From assembly GCF_001194135.2 (NCBI RefSeq), contig NC_068982.1, positions 155,171,505 through 155,235,504 on the forward strand: DNA of 64,000 bases, written 5' to 3'. A program made the translations under genes and the position numbers. The DNA is from Octopus bimaculoides (taxonomy: Eukaryota). Under the pieces are notes generated by a model. It was not told the origin of the DNA, made no database searches, and worked only from the letters and a program-made list of their open reading frames with translations. This document shows, piece after piece, positions 50,866 through 63,190 of the stretch (position 1 is its first letter; every line of letters begins with the position of its first letter).

Positions 50866-51549
50866 TAATCAATCAATCAGTCAATGTTGTTATTGTGCAG
50901 TGCCTGTGCAAGAAGATTTTTTTTTAAAGTGAGGAAAGGCTGTGCACTGAGTCAATCCCACTCACAAAGCAACAGCAGCCATAACCCGAAAAGAAGAAAT
51001 CAACATTATCGGTAACCAGAGCTGCAGGCTTTATGTTAGAGTTATCCCAATTACCTGAGTTGCCTTCTCCTAGAAGGATGTCCTAACAATGGTTTACCGT
51101 GCAATCGGATATTCAGTCCTATTATTTCTATGTCCCCACGCAAGATACAGCCATAAGCTGGATAAAATAGATATAAGGAAAGAAAAAAACCTGTTGCATG
51201 GTCAGGCGGTCGGAGACTAAACTGGCAACTCCACCAAGCTTGCTTAGTGAGGAGGGTGTTTGTAGGACACCCTGCAGGATGAAAAACAAAACCTGTCAAA
51301 GGGCAGAGGAACTCTTGTGAGTCAACGGCCATCCAATATGTGTGTAATTATGTATTTACTGTATATCCCCTTTTTTCTCATAAATTTTATATATAGTATA
51401 TTTTTTATAGTTTGCTCATTATATATATTTTTATGTATATATTGTATATCAATATTTTTTTTTATATATTGTACATGTACATACATACAGATATATATAT
51501 GTGTGTGTGTGTGTGTGTGGAAACTAGGGATATATTATATATGACCGAA

Positions 51550-52160
51550 ACCTTTGGAAATATGCTGTGCATGAGAAGACCCGGCAAGACAAGTGAGACC
51601 ATAACCCATGGCCTTTACCAGGGGTGTAGCCAGCCCACTTATGCGTACCTTTCCTTCTTTCAATTTCTCTTGCACCAACAGGTCTTCGCAAGCAGAGTTT
51701 AGTGTCTAATGAAGGAAGGCTGACATGGGTGCTAGTCATCGAATTTGGTTTGATTTCGATTTCACTTGCCTCAACAGGTCTTCGCAAGCAGAGTTTAGCA
51801 TCCAATGAAGGAAAGGTACACATAAGTGGGCTGGCTACACCCCTGGTAAAGTCCATGGGTTATGGTCTCACTTGTCTTGCTGGGTCTTCTCACGCACAGC
51901 ATATTTCCAAAGGTCTCGGTCACTAGTCATTGCCTCGGTAAAGCCTAATGTTCAAAGGTCGTGCTTCACCACCTCATCCCAGGTCTTCCTGGGTGTACCT
52001 CTTCCACAGGTTCCCTCAACCGCTAGGGTGTGGCACTTTTTCACACAGCAATCCTCATCCATTCTCGCCACATGACCATACCAGCGCAGTTATCTCTCTT
52101 GCACACCACAACTGATGCTTCTTAGGTCCAACTTTTCTCTCAAGGTACTTACACTCTGTC
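51550..52160. mobile_element. Rearranged retroposon fragments in both orientations
   Basis: 51550-51660 (+) is inverted relative to 51808-51915; the minus copy continues to LRWYGHVARMDE near 52080. Confidence 0.75.
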
Positions 52161-53489
52161 GAGTATGCACACACACAAGTTTAATATCTTTTCCAGATAT
52201 GTACCATGATCAACAGTTTTGACTGACTAGAAAATTCTTTTACTGTTGGATTGTCCTGCAGGAAGAGGCTATGCCCATAGCATTTGCAAGTCATCTGATA
52301 CAAGTGGGATTGGTGCAGTTAACATTCTTCCTGAACATTGCAAGAAAGATCATGTGCAGGGAGGGATTTCCAGAGAACTGGCATTCTGGAGAGGCAGGAC
52401 TGGGTTGAATGTTCAATGTCAAACTTGGACCCAAGAGTGATAAGAGTCAAAAGTAACTGAATGAAGGTGGCACATGACCAGCAAGCTCTAAGGACTATAG
52501 GCCACTCAAATTGAAGTGGAAAAGCAGAAAGGAAACAATATATGTGTGTGTCAAAATTTGAGGGCACTGGCAAGTGATTTCATGCCAATCAGTCGGGAGG
52601 CTGTTTTGTCGTGTCTTTTGTTTAGGATATACGTATGTCTAGCTGCAGCACTGTCTCAGATATGGGAGCAATACTCTATGATGGGTCTAACCTGAGATTA
52701 GTAAAGCATTGATAAACACTGAAAGATAAAGTATTTTCTTGTTTTGAAGAAGAAGGCCAGTCTTTGCTATGTTGAAGATCTGAGTTTTGTCAAGAGAGAA
52801 CCTAAGAAATAGTGAGGCCTAACATTTATAGTGATCTTGAAGGTCCTAATATGTGTTTAGTGTGGGGATGTTTTCTTGACAAGTGTAGTGACTACAAATA
52901 TAACAATAACTCTCCCAATAGATGACAAACCAAATACTAAAAGAACTAATCTATAAACAAAAGAAAATGATAATAATATTGATAATTTATCAAAAAAAAA
53001 ATTCTCAACCTGTGTCTATCTACAAAGCTGAGAAAATATCATCCTAACAATTTAAATTACTAAACAAGTGTAATTTCAAAGTTCTGGCCAGGTTCTGAAA
53101 ACATTCAAGTCATTATCAGTGACGGAGAAAAGTGTTAAATGTTTATAAGCTGAATATTATTGCAAACTGCCTTTATTCATGTATTATGTTATGTTCATTG
53201 TGAAAAGAGCAGCAGACTAGAGTACCTTACATACAAAATAAATTCAAGTGAAAAGCAGGTTCAGAACAATCCATGGAATCTCCTTCCATCAAAAGAAACT
53301 GCTTGAAATGTATAAATATAGTGTCATAACAAGAAATTATACGGGTGGTGCTGACAGCAACTACATCTGGTTCCAAAAGTTATTTGCTATTATAACACCG
53401 ATATGGGAGACATTGGTCAAGGTGACATAAGGTTATGTTGAACTTTTAGATATTGAAAAAAGTGATTTTCAGTGTCATGAACCTTTTAG

Positions 53490-53745
53490 CATCATCATCA
53501 TCATCATCATCGTTTAACGTCCGCTTTCCATGCTAGCATGGGTTGGACGATTTGACTGAGGACTGGTGAAACCGGATGGCAACACCAGGCTCCAATCTGA
53601 CTTGGCAGAGTTTCTACAGCCGGATGCCCTTCCTAACGCCAACCACTCAGAGAGTGTAGTGGGTGCTTTTACGTGTCACCTGCACAAAGGCCAGTCAGGC
53701 GGTACTGGCAACGGCCACGCTCAAAATGGTGTATTTTATGTGCCG
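53490..53745 (-). mobile_element. (GAT)n-tailed retroposon 3' end, young copy
   Basis: Reverse complement of the core with a (CAT)n run. Confidence 0.85.
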
Positions 53746-54444
53746 TAAATGTATATATTTTGTATGGTCAGCATACATTTGAGGTTCAGTCCTCTGAGTG
53801 TAATGTTTTGTGGGTGTGGTTGAAACACTAGTTCAAGAACAAACAGAAGCTAAAGAAGAACCTCAGCATGGCAAAAGGATTTCAGAATTCACTCAAGGAA
53901 TGAAAAACTCAGATTATTCCTGATTGCAAAAACAAAGAGTATTGCATTTGCAGCAATCAGAGACTCCCTGGTGGTTAAAGATAATCATGTGCTGAGTACT
54001 ACAACTGTAAAAAAAAAAAGAAGGGCTTCATAGAAAAGTGTCTGCATAAGCACAAGTGTAAAAGAGCTGTACTGTTTGCTGACTCTGAATTCATTATTTT
54101 TAAAAGGTTTAGTAAACAAGATAAATAAACAGTATTTTACTGTACTTACACACTGCCAAACTTTACTGAAGTTGATTTTTGATCAGGATCTTACTGTCAT
54201 CTATACTTAGCCATACCACTACCTTTAATTTTATTAAGCAAAAAAATATGTTCCATGTTTGGTAAATTGATTAACTATTTTCAGCATTATTATACAACAA
54301 AAGTTGAATGGTTTTGATAGTTTTTGGGTGATTTTGGTAGATGGCAAGCCCTGCAAGAAATCAGAACTTTACTATTCATACAAATGCTCTTTAGCACTCA
54401 AGTGAGCTAATTAGCATAATTAGTTAAATTATAANNNNNNNNNN

Positions 54445-55030
54445 CTCTCTCTCTCTCCTTCTCCTGCACTTCCTTCAGGCTGGGTAACCATGTATTTTCT
54501 TTGCAGCAGCACACTTGCTTCTATCTTCATTCCTGATCTCTCTCTCTCTCTCTCTTTCTAGCTGGGTAACCTTGTACCTCCTCTATAGCAAGACACCCAT
54601 TTCTGTCTCTGTGCCTCACTATAACCTTTCATCATCTGACACAAGATTACCTCCTCCAATGCCACCTCCCCTCTCAAAAAAAGTGGGGTGTCTTGCAAGT
54701 ACTTGGTGATCCGGTCAGTGCAAGTGCCACTTAAAAGTACCCAGTCCACACTGTAAAGTGATTGGTGTTTAGAAGGGCATCCAGCTGTAAAAACCTTGCC
54801 AAAACTGACCTTGCCTGTGCCAGTGCCACGTAAAAAGCACTAAGTCTACTCTGCTGAGTGGTTGGTGCTAGGAAGAACATCCAGCTGTAAAAATCCTGCC
54901 AAAACAGTTACAGAAGTCTGGTGCAGGCTTCTGCTCGGCCAGCTCTTGTCAAACCGTCCCACCCATACTAGCATGGAAGGTGGATGTTAAACGATGATGA
55001 TGACGACAATGATGATGATGATGTTGATAA
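54445..55030 (+). mobile_element. Retroposon with a pyrimidine-rich body and the (GAT)n tail
   Basis: Body (CCTCTATAGCAAGACACC..) resembles 9590-9700, and both lead into the shared tail. Confidence 0.6.
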
Positions 55031-55847
55031 TGATTAACTGAGTTGCCCCATCTGCAAGTTTTAAAAAATCTGTGGTTTATATCACCATCGCTTGACAGTT
55101 ATTTAAAGTGTACTATTTTGCTGTTTTTGACAAATAACCGACAGTGTTTTTGGCTATATAGTCAAAAAGACTACAGTACTAAAAGTTTCAAACAATTGGC
55201 TAAAATTTTTGCAAGCTGAACATACTGTTACCTTCCAGGTGAGGAAATCGTTTTCTGAGATCATGATATATGAACCTCGGTACTTAAAATCATGCATACA
55301 GTTTAGAATGTTATTACTTAAGGCTTTCAAAACATTAAACACTAAACAATTTACTGGACTTTACCACTCATCTCACAAACAATTAGACAACATATTGTAG
55401 AATTTGTACTGGTTTAGAGCAAAAGATGAGCAAGCATCATTTTTTTCATCAGAGACCTCAACCAGCTGGTGAGAAAAGTCACAAGCTCTTCTACCCAAAT
55501 GTTATAACCAGAGATTAAAGAAACAAGGTGATAGATTTTGGTGAACTGGGAAATTTGTCAACTGGGATCACCAGTACACAATGATGATGATGATGAGGAG
55601 GAGGGGGATGATAGCAAAAGACAGAATACAACTGCAGATAATTAAAAAGAAATGGTTTATTTCATACAATGATGACCTGTTCCTCTGATCTCTAGACCAC
55701 TATATAACTTCTAGTGATGATAGATGATACAATCAACAATGTGAATGCATGAAAAGTGAGATCAATAGAAGAAAGAACACATGATGACAGTCATTAGAGA
55801 AATGTCACAGCCAAAGTTTAGTTAAACAGAGCCACATTGGTGAGGGT

Positions 55848-58800
55848 TCATTCACTGTCACTGCCTGATTCAGTCAAATGTAAGTCTTCACCTAGAAAAA
55901 TAGAAAGAGAGAATAAAATATACAATGAGATAACACTTTCTGTTGGAGGAGGAGGAGGAGGAGGAGGAGGTTGGGGATTCACATAGTTGATAGCAAGAAA
56001 AAAAAAAGGTAACTATCTAGATATTCTGTATCAATATTTTGTCTTTTTGTTTTCTTTATTTTTCACTGCTACATTTAATTATTTTTGCTGTTGTTCCACC
56101 CAAGAACAACCTAATTACAATTATTTACTAATAAAAATTCTCAAAAACCTGAGCCACTAACATTTAAAAAAAAAAAGTTCAGTGTCTTTATTTTACAGCT
56201 AATCACCATTATTACGCACTGTTATGAGCTGGAAGATAGTGTTTCACTACATGTCATAGTGCGCTTAATCAACTGATATACACGAAATCAGAGATAACTG
56301 CTAGTCTTGTTGTTGAGTATGTTATGTGTTACAGCATGGACTCCATACATTTTACACAAAGACACACACACAAGAGCAATCAGCCACAGAAACCATGCCA
56401 AAGCTGACATAGGGAAAACATGCAGTCTTGTGGCTCATCAGAAACTGTTAGATCATCCAACCCATACCAGCACAGACATTAAATGATGATGATGATATAT
56501 ACACAAAGAAATGTACATATATATATATATATATATATAAATGTTTTTGTAGTGTGTAACATGGGAAGCAGAGATGAAGTATAGATAAGGAATAGAAAGT
56601 CATGGGTAAGGGGTAGGTTGCATCAGAGTCCACAGATATTAGAGAAGTGGAAGGCAAATTATTGCACACTATGACTGGTAAATGGTGATGTTACATGGGT
56701 CATATGTTAGATATACCACTCAAAATGAAACTGTGAAGTAATTGAAGAACCTTTTTTTCATGTCAGCAAGATACATAAAAGCAAGGAGAGTTAAATGTGT
56801 TGGTCAATGTTACACTACAATGATCATAATGAATATGAAGGGGTGCTGAAAAGTTCCTGGCTTTGGGTAAAAGAAAATACAGGAGGATCACAACAGATTC
56901 CCTTCTTGGAGTCACAGACTTATTGCAGCTGTTGGAGGTTGGGTCCCCAACCAAGCCTTTCACAATACCCTTAAAGCCATGGACTTTTCAGCACCTTCTT
57001 GTATATGAAAAAAAAATGAGAATAAATGATACTCACTTAATGTACAAAGGTCTTTCGATGGAACATCACACGGAGCAGGAGTATCTGAAGAAAGATATCA
57101 AATAAGATTTAAAAAATAAGAAAATGAACGTAATTACTGGAATGAGGAACATACTTAATAAAACACATACACACACACACACATAAATGTATCTATTTAG
57201 CAAATAATAAAAATCAACAAAAAGTGGGATGAGTTCACAATCCATGTTACAAACTTGACACTCAGGGAAATGAAATTAGTTAATCTCTAAAACGTTTTGG
57301 ATATTGTACTGCAGACAGTGCAATACAAGAGGAGGAAAGACCAGGAGAAAGTGGAAAATGAAGAAGTAAAAAATTAAAAACAGCAATCCCAGTGAAAGAA
57401 GTTTGTCAACTTGCTGGCCACTGACTCACTGAAAGTAGGGGTAGATTAACCATTTAGCATTTAATCCAGCCCAAATATTCTACTTATTTCATGTTAAAAC
57501 TGATCAGATCCAACCTTTCATACCTACCCTACAATGTCATTCTAAAAATATACAGCAGGCCAACATTGTCACAGTGTGTCATGTTGAGTTTACCTCAGAA
57601 TTACAACAATGACTCAAATACATTTTAAACACTCAGCTACTTACTCAATAAAGCGATGAGTTGGTAGTTTTGTTCATCGAACAATTGAAATATTCATCAC
57701 CAAAACTGACAGAAAATTCAATTTGCTATTGAGTGCATTAGTTTGTTTGACATGGAAGGAGGTATGATTGCTTAGTTTGTTAACTGCAAAGCCATCAAGC
57801 AGTTTCTGAGGAATATCTTTACAAAATGTAAATTCATCGAATCATCAAATTGAAACAATGTTTACCTTTGTTAGGTCCTCCCTCTGAATCAGAGTTGTCT
57901 GATTCTGAATCACTAGACATGTCACTGCCACTTGATGAAGAACTACTACTGCTGCTTTCTGACATGTTATTTGTCAACGCTACTGGAGCACAAACATTTA
58001 AAGAACTGTTACCATTATCTGGAATAAAACAGAAACAACAAAATCTCAATATGTAGTTGAACACATAAATCTACAAAGTGAACAGTTATTAGGCAGCAAA
58101 AGCTAAATATCAGACCAGATTGGAGCCTGGTGCAGCCACTGGCTCTCCAGACCTCAGTCAAACCATCCAACCCATGCCAGCATGGAAAACAGACGTTAAT
58201 TGATGATGATGGCTCACTTGCATTTAATGAGGCTGCAAAGAGAGAGACCTGGAGATACCACTAAACGAAGAGAAAGAGAGTCTGCCAAATGTTGACCCAA
58301 CAAATGGACTAGCTATCCAAATTGACAGTACCTTGGTAGATAAAGCAATTAAGAGTATGAAGATAGGGAAAGTTCCTGGCCCATCACAAATCACTGCAGA
58401 GATTCTAACAGTTACTTTTTCAAAGTTATAATAGAAAAAACAAAGGAGCATATTTGGCATATTTTGCTTTATGGATTCAATAAAGGCAACAATGCAACAG
58501 AAAGTGCAAGAAATATTAATGCAGTATATGGGGATCAGACAATAAGCATAAGCCAGTGTCAACATGATTCCAGAAATTCCGAACCAGAAACTACAGCCTA
58601 GAAGACAAGCCTCATCCTGGAAGATCTGTAGAACTCGACGAGGATGTCTTGCAAAGCCTGGTGGAACAAAATCCCATCATAACCATTGAAGAACTAGCAG
58701 AGAAGCTTGAAATTCGTCATTCAACCAGTCATTCAAGTCAGCACTAGGAGAAAAACGACCATCTTTAGTTTCAAGATGAAAGGTGTTCTTTCATCAGGAT

Positions 58801-61800
58801 AATGTTTGGCCACATACATTGAGGATGATATTCCAAAGCTGGAACAATTTGAATGAGAAATGATGCCCCATCCACCATATTCGATGGACATTGGCCTATC
58901 TGATTATCATTTATTCCGCATTCTTCAAAATCATCTGTAGATGAGGTCAGGACAGTACTGGAGGAGAATTTTTTGTCACGGACGAGTAAATTTTGGAAGA
59001 GGGGCCTTACCAGTCTACTTGATAGATGGAAGAGCATTGTAGAAAATGAAGGAGAGTATATTTTAGATTAAAAATGAACTTAGTTTATCTTAATTTTGAA
59101 AAATAAAAGAACCGCATCATTTATGGGATGACACAGTAGATACATACACACAAACATATACATCATCATCATCATCATCATCGTTTAACGTCCGCTTTCC
59201 ATGCTAGCATGGGTTGGACGATTTGACTGAGGACTGGTGAAACAAGAAGTGATGTTTAGATTCTCAATCTCAGAATAATGCTAATAATATAGCCTGAACA
59301 GGATAAACTATCCCTATTTTGCAGAGAAAAGTGCAGGTGACTAGCAGCTAGTCACCTACACTTTTCTCTGCAAAATAGGGATAATTTATCCTGTTTAGGC
59401 TATATTATTAGCATTATTTTGCGATTGAGAATCTAAACATCACTTCTTTAACTTTCTATAAAAAGACATCTCAATGCTTCTAAAAGCAAGCTTCACTTGT
59501 TTGTTTACGTTTGTCGTAATTTGTATTTATACATATATATATATATATATATACACACACATGTTTATGAATTTGTGTTGCATAATTATTGATGTGAAGT
59601 TGTGTGTTGAACAGATATTATTGTATTTCAGGATGGTCATTTATTTATTCATTATTTCTTCCAATTAAACACATGCACTATATATTCGTTCTTCACTCAT
59701 TTATTACTGTTCTTATTCTAACTCATTTCCATTGTCCAGAAATCTTTTGTCATACATGTGTGACTTTCTCAGCGACACTTTCCATCTTCGTGAGTGCTCC
59801 TGTTCCACTTATTCCATTCTGTTCTTCTATGATGTGTCTTCTTATATGCACATGTGTCTGTGTTTGTGTGCATTTGAGTCATTGTTCTGAGTAGCATTAT
59901 GACCTGCTCCTCAGCCCTGTCCCCTGCTCTGTTGCTGCTGCCCTCAAACCCGACTTTTTGTACCGTTCTTGTAACTTAGTGTGTTTGTATGTTTGCCCAT
60001 GCTGCTGCCATCATGGTCAAACAAACAAACACAGTGAGTTACAAGAATGGTACAAAAAAAATCGAGTCAAAGGGCAACAGCAGTGACAACAGGGCAGGGG
60101 ACAGGCCTGAGGGGAGGGTCATAATGCTACTAAGAACAATGACACACACACACACACACACGCACAAACACAGATGCATGTGCATATCAGGATACACATC
60201 ATAGAAGAACAGAATAGAATAAGCAGAGCAAGAGCACACACAAGATGGAAAGTGTCGCTGAGGAGGTCACAGATGTGTGATGAAAGATTTTTGGACAACG
60301 GACATGAGTTAGAATAAGAACAGTAATAAACGAGTGAAGAACAAGTATATAGTGTGTATGTTTATTTGAAAAAAAAATGACCATCCCAAAATATATATAT
60401 ATACACGCACACACTCAGCGGAGTGGTTGATATTAGGAAGGGCATCCTGCTATAAAAACCATGCCAAAACAGACACAGACATTTGGTACAGTCTTCTGCC
60501 TGGCCAGCTCCTGTCAAATCATCCAGCCCATGCCAGCATGGAATGATGATGATGATGATGATGATATATGTATGACAGGTTTCTTTCAGTTTCCATCAAC
60601 CAAATTCACTCATAATGCTTTGGTCAACCTGGGGTTATATATAGTAAACAAGGTGCCACTCAGTGGGACTGAACCCAAAACTATGTGGTTGGGAAGCAAA
60701 CTTATATATTACTTACCTCTGTTGTTATCAGGTTCAACTGGAGTCAAAGCTGGAGAACACTCTTTAAAGGAAGATGGGCTATGCTGAGACATTTTGCCAC
60801 TTTTTGGAGGTGATGTTTTCATTTTACTACTGTCAACAGGAGTGAGTGGCCTCATAGAAAGACGACTTGAACCTTCAGCTCTAAAAATAGGAAAAGAAGT
60901 AAAAATAACTATATAATTAAAAAAAAAATAAAGATTATATTTTTTCATGACTGATGATTGTCATCACTGATCAGTATAAGATGTCATAAATATATTGCAT
61001 AGAAAGTTGTGAAGTTGTTGCTTTTAATACTTAAGTTGGCCATGTTTCAGGAAACTTCTCGTATATCTTTAGGGTAACCAATAACTTGTGAGTAGTATTT
61101 GGTAGATAGAAACTGGCTGGAAGCCTGTTGTATGTGTAAGTTTATATCTTTTGGCAATGTGTATCAGTCAAGGATATATCACCAGCAAGAAAACACCCCA
61201 AACACTGCTTTATGAATAACGTCTCTTGCGATATGCTGAGTTTCAAATACTGCTTTGTTATTCTTGTCATTAGAAACATAGTGAAATGGTTATTGGCACA
61301 TTGAATATCTATAATCAATGACCATATTGTAAAAAAAATTGATACAAATTTTTTTTAAAAATGGTTTCAGTCATGAACATTCCAACTTCCTATCCAAATA
61401 AAATGTTCTTTTTCATAAAATGTTACAATATGATCAACGACGTTTGGCTTCTATTTTTAACAAACTGAGTGACCATATAGAGGCTCCCTTGTTAGCTCTA
61501 TCATCAGTTAAAGCCAAGTCAAACGTAATCAAACCAATTTACAATCAAAAATGTTTCTGCAATGACAGTCCCAACTTATTATGTAGATAACATCTAATAG
61601 TCCTCCAGGCAATATTAGTGGAATTAAAGACATGCTGCTCCCCAGGAGCTCTTTTATGCTGATGACCTTGTTTTTATAGCTGAATCACTACCAGAACTAG
61701 AGAAGAAGTTTCAGGTATGGAAGCAAGGTCTAGAATTGAGGGGCCTTAGAGTTAACCTAGCAACAACTAAAGTCTTAGTAAATAGAAAGGCAGACAAACC

Positions 61801-62575
61801 CCTTCAGGTAGATGGCTCTGCTTGATCTGTAGAAAATGTGTAAGTAGAAACTCTATAAGATGTACACAGTGTAAGCTATGGACACATAAGAGGTGCAGCA
61901 ATATTAGGGGAAGGTTAACAGGGAAAATAGCTTTTGTGTGTGGAAGATGCACCACAATAAACACCAAAAATGTATAGAAAATTGACTCCATCAACTGTAC
62001 AGAAAATAAACTCCAGGGGGTTAAGCTACAGGTAGTAGATAGCTTCAGTTATCAAGGTGACCAAGTTAGTAGCAGAGGTGGATGCTCTGAGAGCGTAAAT
62101 GTGAGAATAAGAATAGGCTGAGCTAAGTTTAGAGAGCTCCTACCTCTGCTGGCAACAAAGGGCCTCTCCCTCAGAGTGAAAGGCAGATTGTATGGTGCCT
62201 GTGGGTGAACAGCTATGCTGCATGGTAGTGAAACTTGAGCTGTGACAGCTGAGGACATGCATAGTCTTGAAAGAAATGAAGCCAGTATGGTTTGCTGGAT
62301 GTGCAATGTCAGTGTGCATGTCAGACAGCTACTATTTATATGTAATGGCCCTGACTATTTTTGTCAGCGGTTATAAGCATCTTGAGAGGAAATAACTAAA
62401 TCCAATTAAAATCTCTTTAATGAGGCTGTCACACTTACCTAGTTTTCTTCACTTGTATGGTGTTGGCAAGTTTTTCCAATGTAACCGATCCGGAGGCATT
62501 ATCAATAATAAGGACGCACTCTTTCGGACATGTCCTTTTGTTTCCTTTATACACAGTGTGTGTCGTACCTGAACT
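55848..62575 (-). CDS. EAF1: ELL-associated factor (EAF1/EAF2 co-ortholog), 3' part; exons 62439-62575, 60717-60880, 57866-58018, 55848-55891; 5' exons beyond the window
   Basis: [38 protein letters not shown]|RAEGSS..., then a Ser/acidic tract, then C-terminal [13 protein letters not shown]. This matches the EAF pattern as recalled (VFKGNKR..CVLII..LEKL..IQVKKTRAEGSS; DLQLSESGSDSD). GT-AG junctions are in phase. Confidence 0.93.
56834..57003. mobile_element. MITE (GGTGCTGAAAAGTTCCTGGCTTT TIR family), copy 1
   Basis: Inverted termini TATGAAGGGGTGCTGAAAAGTTCCTGGCTTT / AAAGCCATGGACTTTTCAGCACCTTCTTGTA; internal sequence shared with 29930-30149. Confidence 0.7.
58560..59138 (+). mobile_element. 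Degraded mariner (DD34D) transposon, 3' part with right TIR
   Basis: [45 protein letters not shown] and [17 protein letters not shown] (YSPDLAPSD-like), with stops and a deletion; ends ...TTTATGGGATGACACAGTA. Confidence 0.8.
59160..59243 (-). mobile_element. Short young retroposon tail truncated at the 205-bp palindrome
   Basis: (CAT)n CGTTTAACGTCCGCTTTCCATGCTAGCATGGGTTGGACGATTTGACTGAGGACTGGTGAAAC, the same as 53490-53570. Confidence 0.8.
59244..59448. repeat. 205-bp palindrome (102-bp arms, 5 mismatches, no indels)
   Basis: Read base by base; centre at 59346 (GGTGACTAGC A GCTAGTCACC). Confidence 0.95.
59629..60387. repeat. ~760-bp inverted repeat (two ~365-bp diverged arms, 22-nt spacer)
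   Basis: 59629-59995 aligns to the reverse complement of 60018-60387; the ORF track shows homologous peptides on opposite strands ([13 protein letters not shown]). Confidence 0.9.
61625..62320 (+). mobile_element. Decayed RTE-type RT C-terminal fragment
   Basis: [43 protein letters not shown], followed by same-family sequence as 14950-15290. Confidence 0.75.
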
Positions 62576-62801
62576 CTGAAGACAGATGGAAAATAAATAC
62601 CAATTCAGTCATTTCTCAACACAATTTTTAAAAATTTTATTTACTATTTTAAATCTCTTTTAACTTGCTTGCACGAGAGTGAGGTGATTTATTTACCATT
62701 GCCTACCACAAGCCATGAACCAGGCTAGAGTCTAATTCAACTATATCTTCTTTCTTTGCTGATATGTCCAAGCTTGTTTCTTCTGTTGTAGCTTTATTAG
62801 A

Positions 62802-63190
62802 GTGGAGGCGCAATGGCCCAGTGGTTAGGGCAGCGGACTCACGGTCATAGGATCGCGGTTTTGATTCCCAGACCAGGCGTTGTGAGTGTTTATTGAGCGA
62901 AAACACCTAAAAGCTCCACGAGGCTCCGGCAGGAGATGGTGTCGAACCCTGCTGTACTCTTTCACCACAACTTTCTCTCACTCTTACTTCCTGTTTCTGT
63001 TGTGCCTGTAATTCAAAGGGTCAGCCTTGTCACACTGAATATCCCCGAGAACTACGTTAAGGGTACACGTGTCTGTGGAGTGCTCAGCCACTTGCACGTT
63101 AATTTCACGAGCAGGCTGTTCCGTTGATCAGATCAACTGGAACCCTCGACGTCGTAAGCGACGGAGTGCCAACAACACAACAACAACAAT
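62802..63190 (+). mobile_element. Full-length tRNA-derived SINE with (CAA)n tail and 10-bp TSD
   Basis: A-box-like TGGCCCAGTGG and B-box-like GGTTTTGATTCCC; TSD CTTTATTAGA at 62792-62801 and 63191-63200. Confidence 0.9.

Noticed and set aside
8615-53748. Recurrent ORFs starting [38 protein letters not shown]
   Set aside because: Antisense readings of the retroposon tail; not a gene family.
57850-58056. Plus-strand Ser/Leu-rich ORFs here and at 17232-17471
   Set aside because: Antisense mirrors of low-complexity EAF and FIG4 exons.
62802-62880. tRNA gene
   Set aside because: Degenerate B box, no oligo-T terminator, and it continues into a SINE body with tail and TSD.
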